A stretch of 64,000 bases of DNA from Candidatus Fermentibacterota bacterium (GTDB lineage Bacteria; Fermentibacterota; Fermentibacteria; Fermentibacterales; JCC-6), in contig QNDR01000002.1 in NCBI GenBank assembly GCA_003646025.1, positions 2,873 through 66,872 on the forward strand, given 5' to 3'. Of the stretch, positions 1 through 10,686 are shown one piece after another. The position numbers and the translations under genes were made by a program. Position 1 is the first letter of the stretch; each line of letters begins with the position of its first letter. Below the pieces are notes generated by a model. That model was not told the DNA's origin. It saw nothing but the letters and a program-made list of their open reading frames with translations, and did not search any database.

Positions 1-18
1 AAAGAGGTGGAAAAGGGC

Positions 19-1092
19 ATGAAAATTCTTCACCTGTCTCCGCAGAATTACACCGGGATCCTTACACTGTTTGTACAGGGACATCGTGCCCTGGGGCACG
101 AGAGCAGGCTTGTAACTTTTTACAGGGCGAAGAATCAGTACCCGGAGGATATCTGTCTTAACCTGCCCTTCGTCGGACCGATGGAATGGTTGTGGAAGGT
201 AAAGAGGCTTATTCGAAGCGGGAGTCTTCGGGTACCGTTCACAGGAACAACGCAGAGGATATTCTGGAAACCTTCAAGGGCAGAGAGAATACTGATGCCT
301 CTCCGTGATCTGCTGTGGTCTCCGCTTGTTAGCAGAGCTTACAGGAAGTATGGATTTTCCGATTTTGACATACATGTTCTTGAAGGGGGAATGAGTTTTT
401 TCAGAGATGGAAGAGATGTTAAGAAGCTGAGAGCCGCAGGAAAGCACATAGTTTCCAACTACCACGGTCTTGATCTGCGGATGAGGGGGGCTATAAAACC
501 GGTGTGGGATGCCACAGAGCTTCATACCACCTGCGAATTTGATCTGTTCCAGAGGTACGATGAGCTGGAGTACCTGTTTCTGCCTTTCGACAGTTCCATG
601 GTGCCTGCCGCAAACCCTTCAGGAGAAATCATAAAGATCTGTCACGCCCCCAGAATAAGGTCTGTGAAAGGTACAGACACAATTATCAAAGTCGTTGAGA
701 AGCTTTCTGAAACGCTGCCTGTTGAAATGGTTCTTATAGAAAACATGCCTCACCAGGAGGCTTTGAGGTTGAAATCACAGTGTCACATAGCAGTAGACCA
801 GATTGCCAGCGGAGACATGGGCTACGGTGTTAACTCTCTGGAGAGTCTTGCCATGGGAGTCTGTACCGTTACCAACCTGTCGCAGGCCTATCAGAACTTT
901 ATACCGGATCATCCGTTTGCTCTTGCTGAACCCCACAATCTGGAAGCCGTTCTCCGCAGACTGATTCTCGACAGTCAGCTCCGCAGCAGATACGCCGCCT
1001 CCGGTCCGGGCTGGATAAGAAAAACACACCACTGGAAAACTGTTGCCAGTCAGATGCACGCGAAATACGCAGAGCTGGGGTGGGCGGAATAA
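19..1092 (+). CDS. Glycosyltransferase-like protein (GT-B fold, GT1/GT4-like)
   Basis: ORF 7..1092. ATG at 19 lies 8 nt after GAGGTGG. The C-terminal half (KICHAPR..VKGTD..NSLESLAMGV) resembles the GT-B sugar-transferase C-domain. Its stop overlaps the next start (TAATG). Family call by eye only. Confidence 0.5.
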   Translation: MKILHLSPQNYTGILTLFVQGHRALGHESRLVTFYRAKNQYPEDICLNLPFVGPMEWLWKVKRLIRSGSLRVPFTGTTQRIFWKPSRAERILMPLRDLLWSPLVSRAYRKYGFSDFDIHVLEGGMSFFRDGRDVKKLRAAGKHIVSNYHGLDLRMRGAIKPVWDATELHTTCEFDLFQRYDELEYLFLPFDSSMVPAANPSGEIIKICHAPRIRSVKGTDTIIKVVEKLSETLPVEMVLIENMPHQEALRLKSQCHIAVDQIASGDMGYGVNSLESLAMGVCTVTNLSQAYQNFIPDHPFALAEPHNLEAVLRRLILDSQLRSRYAASGPGWIRKTHHWKTVASQMHAKYAELGWAE

Positions 1093-2531
1093 TGTCGCAG
1101 ACAGGGCAGAGAGACCTGGCAAAAGAGACCCTTCTTTACGCGCTCGCAATGGTGGTAAGCGGTCTGGTGCAGTTCGCTTTCCTGCCGTTCATGAGTACAT
1201 TTCTAACGCCGGAACAGGCCGGAGAGCTTGGCGTTATAAGAATTGTAAGCGAGATAATCGCGGGGATTGTGGTCCTTGGTCTTCCGGCGTCAATAATAAG
1301 AGCATGGCACCGTACAGATGCCCACCGGGCTGTTCTCGCGCGTTCTATTCTGTTTCCCCTTGCCCCTCTCTTTGTGTCAGCGGTACTCGTTGCTGTTTTT
1401 GGCGATAAAATTGCCGGTCTGCTTCATGTCACAGATGCATCACTGTTCCTTCACGCACTTGCCCTGGGCGGATCTGTTGCTCTTCTGCAGGTTGCTCTTT
1501 CAATGCCGAGAGCACAGGGAATGGCAGGCACTTACTTTGCTATTCAGTTCGCCAGAGGCATGCTGTCGCTGGTTCTGCTGTTCCTTCTGCTTCGAACGGC
1601 GGCTGCCGGAGGTGCTGTAAAGTCTTTTCTTGAGGCCAGGTGGATACCAACTGTTCTGGCTGTGGTTTTTTCTTTTGTGTTTATGTGGAGACTCACCGGA
1701 AAATCGTCTGGGGAAAAGCCTCCGGAACATCTTTCAGGAACAATGCTGGCATTCAGCCTGCCCCTTGTACCGGCAAGCCTCGCGCTGCTGGTTCTTTCCA
1801 GCGCCGATATGTTCATGCTTCGAACAATTTCCACCGATATGGCACAGAGCGGGTGGTACGAATGGGCCGGGAGAGCAGTTCTTATACTGGCACCGCTGAC
1901 ACTGGGTTTCAGCATGGCCTGGCACCGGTACATCTTCAGAAAGAAAAAACAGGGCGGAAGAATGGACGAGCTGGGAAGAAGCGGTCTTCTGTTCATGGTT
2001 ACAGTTAACTGGGCTGCCATGGTTCTTGCGATACTGTCCAACGAGATAGTATCGGTTTTCGGAGGGGCGGAGTGGCTTCCAGCTGCAAGAGTTCTTCCGT
2101 GGATTGCCGGATCTGCCGCAATGTATGCCCTTTTCACCATCTCGCAGACCGCACCTCTGCTCACCGGTCAGACGAAGTACATAGGCTGGATGACCGCTTT
2201 CGGTGCTGTTCTGAACATAGGGTTCAACCTTCGTCTCATACCGGTGGCCGGTGCTGTCGGAGCAGCTTTCGCGACTCTGGCAACAAACATGTTCATGGCA
2301 CTTTCTCTGTTCTGGATAGGAAGAAAGGTTTTTCCTGTGAGTTTTCCCGCTGTGGTGATAATGGTAATCGTTCCTGTGTTTTCCGGGCCTCTGTCCGGGC
2401 TGTCCCCTTTGTACAGGGTGATTGCCGTACTTGCTGGAACCGCGGTGACGGTGACCATCATCAATGTACTAAGGAAACTGGGGACCGGCGATGTGCTTGA
2501 AGCACCAGGGGGAGACAGCCATGAGCTTTGA
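1092..2531 (+). CDS. Polysaccharide biosynthesis protein, MOP/Wzx-type flippase
   Basis: ORF 1080..2531. ATG at 1092 overlaps the upstream TAA. About 480 aa and hydrophobic throughout, with many predicted TM segments. Sits in a glycan-locus context. Confidence 0.6.
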   Translation: MSQTGQRDLAKETLLYALAMVVSGLVQFAFLPFMSTFLTPEQAGELGVIRIVSEIIAGIVVLGLPASIIRAWHRTDAHRAVLARSILFPLAPLFVSAVLVAVFGDKIAGLLHVTDASLFLHALALGGSVALLQVALSMPRAQGMAGTYFAIQFARGMLSLVLLFLLLRTAAAGGAVKSFLEARWIPTVLAVVFSFVFMWRLTGKSSGEKPPEHLSGTMLAFSLPLVPASLALLVLSSADMFMLRTISTDMAQSGWYEWAGRAVLILAPLTLGFSMAWHRYIFRKKKQGGRMDELGRSGLLFMVTVNWAAMVLAILSNEIVSVFGGAEWLPAARVLPWIAGSAAMYALFTISQTAPLLTGQTKYIGWMTAFGAVLNIGFNLRLIPVAGAVGAAFATLATNMFMALSLFWIGRKVFPVSFPAVVIMVIVPVFSGPLSGLSPLYRVIAVLAGTAVTVTIINVLRKLGTGDVLEAPGGDSHEL

Positions 2532-3459
2532 TATTTCCGTACAGGTTCCGGTAAGAAACGGCGGTGACAGATTCAGAAAGTTTCTCGCAAGCCTTGCGGC
2601 ACAGGATCTTCAAAAACCCTGGGAACTGGTGATAGTGGATGATGGAAGTGACCTTGCTGTGCAGGAGGAATTCCTGCAGGAGCTTGAAAGTCTGCCTGAT
2701 CTTTGCTCGGTGAAAGTTGTGGCAATAAATCCCGGAGGAAACAGACCAGCCGCGAGAAACAGCGCGTACATGGCTTCTGAAGCTTCCGTGGCTCTGCTGA
2801 TGGACGGCGACCTGGAATTTGGACCCTCGCTTTTAAGAGAGCATCTGGCGGTAAGGGAAAAAACCGGTGCGGATGTTGTGATGGGCAGGAGGGTAAACGC
2901 CTGGGGTGAAACCGCAACGCCATGGCAGAAATGGTTTGATACCAGGGCCATGGGGGATTCCCCTCCTGGAGAATTTCCGTGGAATTATTTCATCACCGGG
3001 AATCTGTCTGTTACCTCAACCCTGCTGAAGCAGGCCGGTGGGTTCGATACGGCCATAGATCGTTACGGAGGCGAAGACACGGAGATGGGCTACCGGTTGA
3101 AGCAGATGGGTGTTTCCTTTTACTGGGACCCTCTTCTTTCAGTCAACCATCTGGACAGCGTTACAGTAACACAGCATTCCGGGAAGATGCTTGAGTACGG
3201 TGGTACCGGTTTGAAGTACACACTGCAGAAACACCCGGAGATAAAGGGGCTTCTGGGAAGCCGCTGGGTGGAGCCTGTTTTTTCAAAACCGGCGTATCTG
3301 TTTCCCATGAGAATACTTACAAGGATAGCTCTGTTCTCGCCGGTTTACAGGGCTGTGCTTGCTTTTATGGAGAAACACCGCAGACCGCAGGTTCTGTTTA
3401 CATACCTGGCGGTTGGAGCATGTTTGATCGGACTCCGCGGGGGAGACTACAGAAAATGA
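2521..3459 (+). CDS. Family 2 glycosyltransferase
   Basis: ORF 2491..3459. ATG at 2521 overlaps the upstream stop. N-terminal ISVQVPVRNGG, VIVDDGSD and a DGD motif are typical of GT2 (GT-A fold). Confidence 0.75.
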   Translation: MSFDISVQVPVRNGGDRFRKFLASLAAQDLQKPWELVIVDDGSDLAVQEEFLQELESLPDLCSVKVVAINPGGNRPAARNSAYMASEASVALLMDGDLEFGPSLLREHLAVREKTGADVVMGRRVNAWGETATPWQKWFDTRAMGDSPPGEFPWNYFITGNLSVTSTLLKQAGGFDTAIDRYGGEDTEMGYRLKQMGVSFYWDPLLSVNHLDSVTVTQHSGKMLEYGGTGLKYTLQKHPEIKGLLGSRWVEPVFSKPAYLFPMRILTRIALFSPVYRAVLAFMEKHRRPQVLFTYLAVGACLIGLRGGDYRK

Positions 3460-4361
3460 TATTTGACAAAGCTATGCAGGCCGCGCCGGACCGGTTCAAA
3501 GTGATCAGACTCTCGGATTTCACAACATGGGGTATAGGCGGTTACACCGCTTCCTGTGCTGTAACATCGGAACAGGAACTTGCAGAGGTACTTAACCTGC
3601 TTCGGGAAAGATCACTTCCATGGGTGATTCTCGGGAAAGGATCCAACACACTCGCACCGTCTGAAGGGTGGCACGGTGTTGTTGTTCTACTGAAGGGAGA
3701 TTTTACAGAGTATTCATTCAAAGGGAACCTGGTCACTGCCGGCGGTGGCGCGCACCTTCCCTCTGTATCTGGAGCTGCCTGCTCCACCGATCTAACCGGT
3801 CTTGTTTTTGCCGTGGGTATTCCCGGTACTGTTGGCGGAGCTGTTTTTATGAATGCAGGTGCGTACGGATCAAGTATTTCCGATCTCGTTGAAGAAGTTG
3901 GAGTGCTTCATCCAGGCGGTGCAATTGAGTATCTTACCGCGGAGGAGTGCGGTTTCGCCTACAGAACCAGTGTATTTCAGAAAAACGGTGCCGTTGTTCT
4001 CGGCGCAACGCTGCGGCTCTCCAGGGCAGTGGGAAACAGCGGTGAACTTCGCAGGGAGGCGAGGGAGATTCTGCAGTTGAGAAGGCGGAAGTTTCCCCTT
4101 GATGTTCCCAATGCCGGAAGTGTTTTCCGCCGTCCTGATAACGGACCTCCGCCGGGAAAACTGATTGAAGACTGCGGGTTGAAAGGGTACAGAACAGGGG
4201 GAGCGGTGGTCTCCAGAGTACATGCCAACTTTATCGAAAACGCAGGCGGTGCCACAAGTTCGGATGTGATGCACCTTATCGAATATGTAACTGACAGAGT
4301 CAGAAGGAATACGGGAATTGTTCTGCGGCGGGAGATCAGACAACTGGGAGAACGGATTTGA
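3456..4361 (+). CDS. murB: UDP-N-acetylenolpyruvoylglucosamine reductase
   Basis: ATGA overlap with the upstream gene. FAD-binding motifs ILGKGSNTL and GIPGTVGGAVFMNAGAYG. C-terminal NAGSVFRRP..GKLIEDCGLKGYRTGGAVVSRVHANFIEN is diagnostic of MurB. Confidence 0.85.
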   Translation: MIFDKAMQAAPDRFKVIRLSDFTTWGIGGYTASCAVTSEQELAEVLNLLRERSLPWVILGKGSNTLAPSEGWHGVVVLLKGDFTEYSFKGNLVTAGGGAHLPSVSGAACSTDLTGLVFAVGIPGTVGGAVFMNAGAYGSSISDLVEEVGVLHPGGAIEYLTAEECGFAYRTSVFQKNGAVVLGATLRLSRAVGNSGELRREAREILQLRRRKFPLDVPNAGSVFRRPDNGPPPGKLIEDCGLKGYRTGGAVVSRVHANFIENAGGATSSDVMHLIEYVTDRVRRNTGIVLRREIRQLGERI

Positions 4362-5281
4362 GCAGAAAAGCAGCTGGATTCACTTTGAAAGATGGCCCGA
4401 TTCTTGTAACCGGGGCCGGTGGATTTGTCGGCCGGCGGCTTATGGATATGTTTCAGCTGGGGGAAGGCGATATAGCCGCAGACAGCACTGCGGATTTCTA
4501 TGCTCCTCCAGGTGTGAAAAGGATTCAATGGGAACTTCCCGGCCCGCCTTCCTCCTTTCCAGGGGAAGTACAGTATGTAGTACATCTGGCAGGTCTAAGC
4601 TCGGTTGCCCATTCCATGTCCGACGCAGACAAGGTGATGAAAGTCAATGCAGGGGGTACACACAGCGTTGCGCAGTGGGTGAGGGAATATTCCCCCGGGG
4701 CTGTGTTCCTGCTTGCCAGTTCCGCGGAAGTCTACCGTCCGTCTGAAGAAATACTGACAGAGAATTCCCTGATTGAACCCGGTAATCCCTACGGGAAGAG
4801 CAAGCTGGAGGCAGAGAAACTGCTGGCCTCCTCAGGTATACACCATGTTATCTCACGGTCATTTCCTCACTTTGGACCAGGCCAGGCAGGTCACTTCGTG
4901 CTGCCTTCTTTCTGCAGGCGGATTATACTCTCGGGAGAGAACACAGAGATCAGTACCGGAAACCTTACTGCTGTAAGAGACTATCTCTACATTGATGATG
5001 TGGTAACGGCCTACGCCTGTCTGCTCGCTGAGGGTATATCAGGTGAGGTTTACAATGTGTGTTCAGGCAATGGGCTTTCCATAGGGGATCTCCTGTCACG
5101 GATTATCAGTATTTCCGGAGCAGAATACCGTGCTGTTACAGACCCAGGTCTTCTCCGGAAACAGGATCAGTTCCGGCAGGTAGGCAGCTCTGAAAAATTG
5201 AGGTCTCTGGGCTGGACGCAGAAGATTCCGATAGAAAAAGGTCTGAAGATGCTTTATCAATGGTGGGAGGAAAGATTGTGA
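4358..5281 (+). CDS. NAD-dependent sugar epimerase/dehydratase (extended SDR)
   Basis: TTG start overlaps the murB stop. Rossmann motif ILVTGAGGFVGRRL and catalytic YGKSK. No ATG lies upstream of the Rossmann motif, so a non-ATG start is required. Confidence 0.75.
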   Translation: MSRKAAGFTLKDGPILVTGAGGFVGRRLMDMFQLGEGDIAADSTADFYAPPGVKRIQWELPGPPSSFPGEVQYVVHLAGLSSVAHSMSDADKVMKVNAGGTHSVAQWVREYSPGAVFLLASSAEVYRPSEEILTENSLIEPGNPYGKSKLEAEKLLASSGIHHVISRSFPHFGPGQAGHFVLPSFCRRIILSGENTEISTGNLTAVRDYLYIDDVVTAYACLLAEGISGEVYNVCSGNGLSIGDLLSRIISISGAEYRAVTDPGLLRKQDQFRQVGSSEKLRSLGWTQKIPIEKGLKMLYQWWEERL

Positions 5282-7431
5282 GTGTTTTCTTTGTTATCGC
5301 TGTTCTCTTTGGACGAATTACGGAATGGGAACACTTCCCTCACTATGGCGGAGGAAATGGAATTATCACCAGCGGGGAGGTTGTTCTTGCAGCTACTTCA
5401 GGCGGTCTTCTGTTTTCACACTACTCTGCTGAAGAGAACACCCTTGTACCTGATTCAGGCTGGACATCACCTGGAAGGCTCTCGTACGACCGTGTATCTG
5501 ATGTAACCCGTGATGATTCCGGAAATCTCTGGGTATCCATGAACGGAGGCGGAATAGATGTTTTCCTGCCTGACGGTTCCAAAACCAGTTTCAACCAGAT
5601 TGACGGGCTTCCGCTGAATCTGGGAATAAACCAGACCATGCCCGATTCCTTCATCTATGTCGCAACCACACAGGGGCTGTGTATCAAAGAGGTCGGGTTC
5701 TTCGAGACCTTTAATGCCCTTTCAACAGGTGGAGGTCTTCCCTCTGACAACATTACCTGCCTCTCTGCTTCCGATTCCGGGCTGTATGTCGGAACGACTG
5801 CAGGGCTTGTTTTTCTTCCCAGGTCCGCAGATCCGCACCAGGAGAGTTCATGGACCCTGCAGGATATTGATGCGGTATCTGTGGCGGCGATGGAGTGGCA
5901 GAATGATACCCTCTGGGCGGCTACGGCAGCAGGGCTTTTTTCAAAGGTTCCCGGCCAGCCGTGGGTCCGGGACGATCTGTTTCCCAGTGGGAATATTTCT
6001 TCTCTGGCCTGGGGTTCCGGAGGTCTGGCGGCAGGATGTACCAACCAGTGTTTTATTCTGCATGACGGTGAATGGCACCAGTACTCTTCCAATCTCAATG
6101 GGAATGCCCTTACAGGTCTGGTATGGGAAGGGAACAGGCTTTACGGTGTACTGGCCAACACCTATGCGGACAACAGGCTTTCAGGAGCCGGTATTGCTCT
6201 TCTCCTGGAGGATGGTTCCTGGCGGAGAAATCTTCCGGACTTTGGACCGGCTTCGAATGATCTCCGGGACTGCACAATTCTGCCTGACGGCAGCGTCTGG
6301 GTTTCCAGCAACAGAGCGGGAGTCTCCGTCCTGACCGATCAGCAATGGCAGCAGCTCGGTCAGTTCATGACCGATATCAACCAGAATTTTGCCATCTGCC
6401 CTTCCGGTGAAGGAGTGTTTGTTTCATCAATAGGACACGGTGTGGACTGGCTTTCATGGCAGAATGAAACCATAGACCGCACAATTCACCTCAACAGCAG
6501 CGATGGACTTCTGAACAACAGAGTTTTTTGCGCGGAGCAGGGCGATGAGACCACGGTGTGGTTTGGACACAGAACTCTGGAGGAGACAGAACCCAGCGGT
6601 GTCTGCCGGCTGAAATGGGCACCGGGAGATTCCAGTTCCATATCCTTTACGGACATCACAGGGGCAGACGGGCTTCCGAGCAAGGAAGTCAACGCGGTTC
6701 TGCCCGAAGGAGACAGGTACTGCTGGGCCGGTACAGATGGGGGGCTGGCTTACATTGATATCTATATGCAGACCGTCAGGGAAACATACACAGTGCAGGA
6801 TGGTCTTCCATCATCTCTTGTTACCTCTCTGGCACAGGACAGATCCGGAACTGTTTACATCGGTACCGCGTCGGGGCTTGCTTACCTCAGCGACGGCACA
6901 GTTACAGAGGTAGAGCAGATCACTACCGGCGTTACCGCCCTTGAGTGTGACGGTCTTGGCAGTGTGTGGCTGTCCACCGGCGAGGGATTGAAGAGGTATT
7001 TCAGGGCTACAGGAACTTTAGAGGAATACACCACATTCAACAGCCCTCTGGCAGAGGGGACAATTTACGACATAACAGCAGACAGCAATCGCGGTTACCT
7101 CTGGCTTGCCACCGACCACGGTTTCTGGAGAGGCAGACTGGGTGAAGGCCTGACCGGTGACGGTTCCTCCGCGGTGGTTTACCCGGATCCATTTATTCCA
7201 GGCCGCGGAGATATCCTGGGGGTGGCTGGTATACCGGACACTGCGGCAGAGGTAAGTGTTTTTGATGTTGCGGGAAATCTTGTGTGGCGGTTCTCCTCAT
7301 CCAGCCGTGAAGACATTGCCTGGGATGGTTTGAATACCCAGGGGCACCCTGCCGCGTCAGGAGTTTATTTTCTGCAGCTGGAACAGGCTGGTCTGGAGTC
7401 AGCTCTGCTTAAGTTTGCTCTTGTAAGATAG
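5278..7431 (+). CDS. Secreted beta-propeller repeat protein (two-component-regulator-propeller-like repeats) with FlgD-Ig/T9SS-like C-terminal domain
   Basis: ORF 5260..7431. GTG at 5278 (GTGA overlap, preceded by GGGAGGAAAG) is the likely start. Hydrophobic N-terminus. Recurrent G-L/GT..GL..(F/Y) repeat pattern. C-terminus AEVSVFDVAGNLVWRF..WDGLNTQGHPAASGVYFLQLE..FALVR. Confidence 0.55.
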   Translation: MSVFFVIAVLFGRITEWEHFPHYGGGNGIITSGEVVLAATSGGLLFSHYSAEENTLVPDSGWTSPGRLSYDRVSDVTRDDSGNLWVSMNGGGIDVFLPDGSKTSFNQIDGLPLNLGINQTMPDSFIYVATTQGLCIKEVGFFETFNALSTGGGLPSDNITCLSASDSGLYVGTTAGLVFLPRSADPHQESSWTLQDIDAVSVAAMEWQNDTLWAATAAGLFSKVPGQPWVRDDLFPSGNISSLAWGSGGLAAGCTNQCFILHDGEWHQYSSNLNGNALTGLVWEGNRLYGVLANTYADNRLSGAGIALLLEDGSWRRNLPDFGPASNDLRDCTILPDGSVWVSSNRAGVSVLTDQQWQQLGQFMTDINQNFAICPSGEGVFVSSIGHGVDWLSWQNETIDRTIHLNSSDGLLNNRVFCAEQGDETTVWFGHRTLEETEPSGVCRLKWAPGDSSSISFTDITGADGLPSKEVNAVLPEGDRYCWAGTDGGLAYIDIYMQTVRETYTVQDGLPSSLVTSLAQDRSGTVYIGTASGLAYLSDGTVTEVEQITTGVTALECDGLGSVWLSTGEGLKRYFRATGTLEEYTTFNSPLAEGTIYDITADSNRGYLWLATDHGFWRGRLGEGLTGDGSSAVVYPDPFIPGRGDILGVAGIPDTAAEVSVFDVAGNLVWRFSSSSREDIAWDGLNTQGHPAASGVYFLQLEQAGLESALLKFALVR

Positions 7432-7537
7432 GGTAATGTGACAACCTGAATAATGCTATATTTAGAGGGGAGGGCGCAGGTATCGGCAGTCTTCTGAAAG
7501 CAGACACAGGTGTAGCGGGGATAAGAAAGGAAATCCG

Positions 7538-8566
7538 ATGAATCTTCTTGTTACCGGAGGAGCGGGTTTTATAGGAACCAATTTTGTCAGATACATTATG
7601 AGCCGTCGCCCGGGGTGGTCGGTTACAGTGCTTGACAAACTAACCTACGCCGGCAGAAGAGAAAACCTTTCAGAGTTTGAGGGTTCACCTGGATACAGAT
7701 TCATACAGGGAGACATCTGCGATCCGGAAGCGGTCCGCGAAGCCATGGACGGTTGCAGCGGTGTTGTTAATTTTGCCGCTGAAACCCATGTGGATCGTTC
7801 CATAGATGATCCATCTTCTTTTGTAAAGACAGACATTGAGGGGGTCAGGGTTCTTCTGGAGGAATTCCGGAAGGACGATTCCAGAAAGATGTTTCTGCAG
7901 ATCTCCACTGACGAAGTGTATGGAAGTGTAGAGAGCGGTCGATCCGGAGAGGGAGACCCGCTTTGCCCAAGAAGCCCCTATTCCGCATCGAAGGCAGGGG
8001 GAGAACTGCTTGCAATGAGCTACTTTACAACCTTCGGAATCCCGGTTACCGTTACAAGGGCATCAAACAACTACGGTCCGTACCAGTATCCGGAGAAACT
8101 GATCCCTCTGTTTATTACCAATGCTTTCGAAGCAGAGAAGCTGCCCCTGTACGGTGACGGTGAAAACATGAGAGACTGGCTGTTTGTTGACGATCACTGC
8201 AGTGCTCTTGTCGCTGTGCTGGAGCGAGGCAGGGCCGGGCAGATCTACAATGTGGGAGACGGGCAGGAATTAACCAACACCGAAGTTACAACCGCTATAA
8301 TTGAAGCTACCGGTGCCGACAGGAACCTTGTCCGGCATGTGGAAGACAGGCCGGGACACGACAGGCGGTACGCTGTTGATGTTTCAAAGCTGCAGAGGGA
8401 GCTGGGCTGGAAACCTGAAACGGATTTCGCAGCCGGTATTTCCGCAACAGTTGAGTGGTACAGAGAGAACTCGCAGTGGTGGAAATCGATTAAATCCGGT
8501 GAGTTCCGCGAGTATTACAGGAAGATGTATTCAGAAAAACTTGAGAACTCGGAAAGGATCCGATAA
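7538..8566 (+). CDS. rfbB: dTDP-glucose 4,6-dehydratase
   Basis: [26 protein letters not shown] and [23 protein letters not shown] are hallmark RmlB/RfbB motifs. 342 aa. Confidence 0.9.
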   Translation: MNLLVTGGAGFIGTNFVRYIMSRRPGWSVTVLDKLTYAGRRENLSEFEGSPGYRFIQGDICDPEAVREAMDGCSGVVNFAAETHVDRSIDDPSSFVKTDIEGVRVLLEEFRKDDSRKMFLQISTDEVYGSVESGRSGEGDPLCPRSPYSASKAGGELLAMSYFTTFGIPVTVTRASNNYGPYQYPEKLIPLFITNAFEAEKLPLYGDGENMRDWLFVDDHCSALVAVLERGRAGQIYNVGDGQELTNTEVTTAIIEATGADRNLVRHVEDRPGHDRRYAVDVSKLQRELGWKPETDFAAGISATVEWYRENSQWWKSIKSGEFREYYRKMYSEKLENSERIR

Positions 8567-9499
8567 ATGAGAATACTGGTAACCGGAGGAGCTGGATTTA
8601 TAGGAAGCCATCTAAGCGACAGGCTTCTTGAGAAGGGCCACTCTGTAATTGCTCTGGACAACCTTATAACAGGCAGCACAGACAACATCTCACATCTGGC
8701 GGGAAGAAGCGATTTCAAATTCATAAACCACGATGTCACCGAGTACATATACATTCCCGAAGATATCGATTTTATTTTCCACATGGCATCCCCGGCCAGC
8801 CCTATTGATTACCTGATGTATCCCATTCAGACGCTGAAGGTTGGTGCACTGGGTACACACAAGGCCCTGGGTCTGGCAAAAGAAAAAAACGCGGGGCTTC
8901 TGCTTGCTTCAACCAGCGAAGTTTACGGTGATCCTCTGGTACATCCCCAACCGGAGAGCTACTGGGGAAATGTTAACCCTGTAGGCCCCAGAGGAGTGTA
9001 CGATGAGGCCAAGAGGTATGCTGAGGCACTTGTTTTCGCCTACCACAGAACCCACGGTGTAGACACAAGAATCGCACGGATCTTCAATACATACGGGCCG
9101 CGCAACCGGGCGGATGACGGCCGCGTTGTTCCCTCATTTGTGTGTCAGGCCCTGAAAAATGAAGATCTCACAATCTTCGGTGACGGCGAACAGACCAGAA
9201 GTTTCTGTTTTGTTTCCGATACGGTTAACGGACTTATCGCGCTTATGGAGAGCGGTTACCACGATCCTGTAAACATTGGAAATCCAAATGAAATGACGGT
9301 AAAGGAGTTTGCTCTTGAAGTGATAAGGCTTGCTGGAAGTGCCAGCTCTCTTACCTACAGGGATCTTCCAGTGGATGATCCGAAAGTAAGAAAGCCGGAC
9401 ATCACAACTGCAGGCAGTGTGTTGAACTGGAAACCGGAAGTATCCCTTGAAGACGGGCTGAAAGAAACTATAGAGTACTTCAGAAGAACGGTTCTGTAA
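8567..9499 (+). CDS. UDP-glucuronate decarboxylase (UDP-xylose synthase-like SDR)
   Basis: [35 protein letters not shown] and DGRVVPSF are typical of the UXS family. Starts directly after the rfbB stop. Confidence 0.8.
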   Translation: MRILVTGGAGFIGSHLSDRLLEKGHSVIALDNLITGSTDNISHLAGRSDFKFINHDVTEYIYIPEDIDFIFHMASPASPIDYLMYPIQTLKVGALGTHKALGLAKEKNAGLLLASTSEVYGDPLVHPQPESYWGNVNPVGPRGVYDEAKRYAEALVFAYHRTHGVDTRIARIFNTYGPRNRADDGRVVPSFVCQALKNEDLTIFGDGEQTRSFCFVSDTVNGLIALMESGYHDPVNIGNPNEMTVKEFALEVIRLAGSASSLTYRDLPVDDPKVRKPDITTAGSVLNWKPEVSLEDGLKETIEYFRRTVL

Positions 9500-10680
9500 T
9501 GCTTGCACTTTTTCTTATTCTTTTTTCTGTTCCAGGTGAACTGCCTGAGGATGTTTCATCCGCACCGGAGGTACAGGCCTCTCAGTTTTCAATTTTTGAA
9601 TCGGTAGACAGGGACGAATACATTCTTGGTGCCGGAGATGTTCTGCAGGTTGTTGTTGAGGGTGGAATCAGTGAAGTAATGATGGTTTCCGGGCTGGGAT
9701 CCATAACCACGAGCCAGGTTTCCGGAGATGGAAAAATACAGGTATCCGGTGTCGGCCAGCTAAGTGTCACCGGGCTTACCATCAACCAGGCTGAACAGGC
9801 TCTCAGGGCACTTACACGGAGGTATTACAGCCATGTGGAAGTTGGCCTTTCCCTTCTGCAGCCAAGAACTGTGAGAGTCTGGATCACCGGTATGGTTGCA
9901 CATCCTGGCAGGTATACACTGTACGCCATTAACCGTGTCAGCGATCTGGTAAGCGCCGCTGGAGGAATGTCCTCCTACTCTTCCAGAACTGGATGGATGA
10001 TCACTGATGAAGGGGATTCAGTGTATGTGGATCTGCACTTTGATCCACTCACAGGAAAACCGGTGTGCGATCCGTTTGTTGATGGTGGTGCCGGCGTTGT
10101 GTTCGAACTTCTGATCTCTCCAGTGTATGTAGTGAGGCCTGGTATCAGAAACTACAACGATGCCTATGCGGTTCCCGAGGTTGAAACATGGGATGCGGTT
10201 CCAGGGGAAACTGTGGAAGATCTGATGTACAGAATCGGTGGTATATCCGGTAACATTGATCTTGCAAGGAGCGTTCTGATAACCAGCCGCGGCACTTCCC
10301 CTGTGTGGGTAAAAAATCAGGGGTTTTCTCTGACTCCGGTTGAGGCTGGTGACACTCTCCGGCTGGTGGTGGAGGGCAATGATATCTATGTTGCAGGGGC
10401 TGTTCACCAGCGTGGTATTATCTCGTACACTCCTGGCGCAACTGCAAGAGTTTATGTTGAAAGAGCCGGAGGAAAAGTTTACAATGCCAATATTGGAGGC
10501 ACTACAGTTACAAGAAATGGTGTTGTTCTTGCCTCTGGAGATGAGGCGCTGGAAACAGAAGTTCTTCCAGGTGATGTTATAGAGGTTCCGTACAACTGGG
10601 TGGCTCAGCATGCACAGGAAATAGGCATACTTGCTACAGTTGTGGGAATTACCTCTGTGATCATCAACCTGTCGAGGTAG
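9499..10680 (+). CDS. Polysaccharide export protein (Wza-like, Poly_export/SLBB-type)
   Basis: TAATG overlap with the upstream gene. N-terminal signal-like segment. GAGDVLQVVVEG motif, then repeated soluble-ligand-binding-beta-grasp-like segments (GDTLRLVV, GDVIEVP). Confidence 0.6.
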   Translation: MLALFLILFSVPGELPEDVSSAPEVQASQFSIFESVDRDEYILGAGDVLQVVVEGGISEVMMVSGLGSITTSQVSGDGKIQVSGVGQLSVTGLTINQAEQALRALTRRYYSHVEVGLSLLQPRTVRVWITGMVAHPGRYTLYAINRVSDLVSAAGGMSSYSSRTGWMITDEGDSVYVDLHFDPLTGKPVCDPFVDGGAGVVFELLISPVYVVRPGIRNYNDAYAVPEVETWDAVPGETVEDLMYRIGGISGNIDLARSVLITSRGTSPVWVKNQGFSLTPVEAGDTLRLVVEGNDIYVAGAVHQRGIISYTPGATARVYVERAGGKVYNANIGGTTVTRNGVVLASGDEALETEVLPGDVIEVPYNWVAQHAQEIGILATVVGITSVIINLSR

Positions 10681-10686
10681 GTAGTG

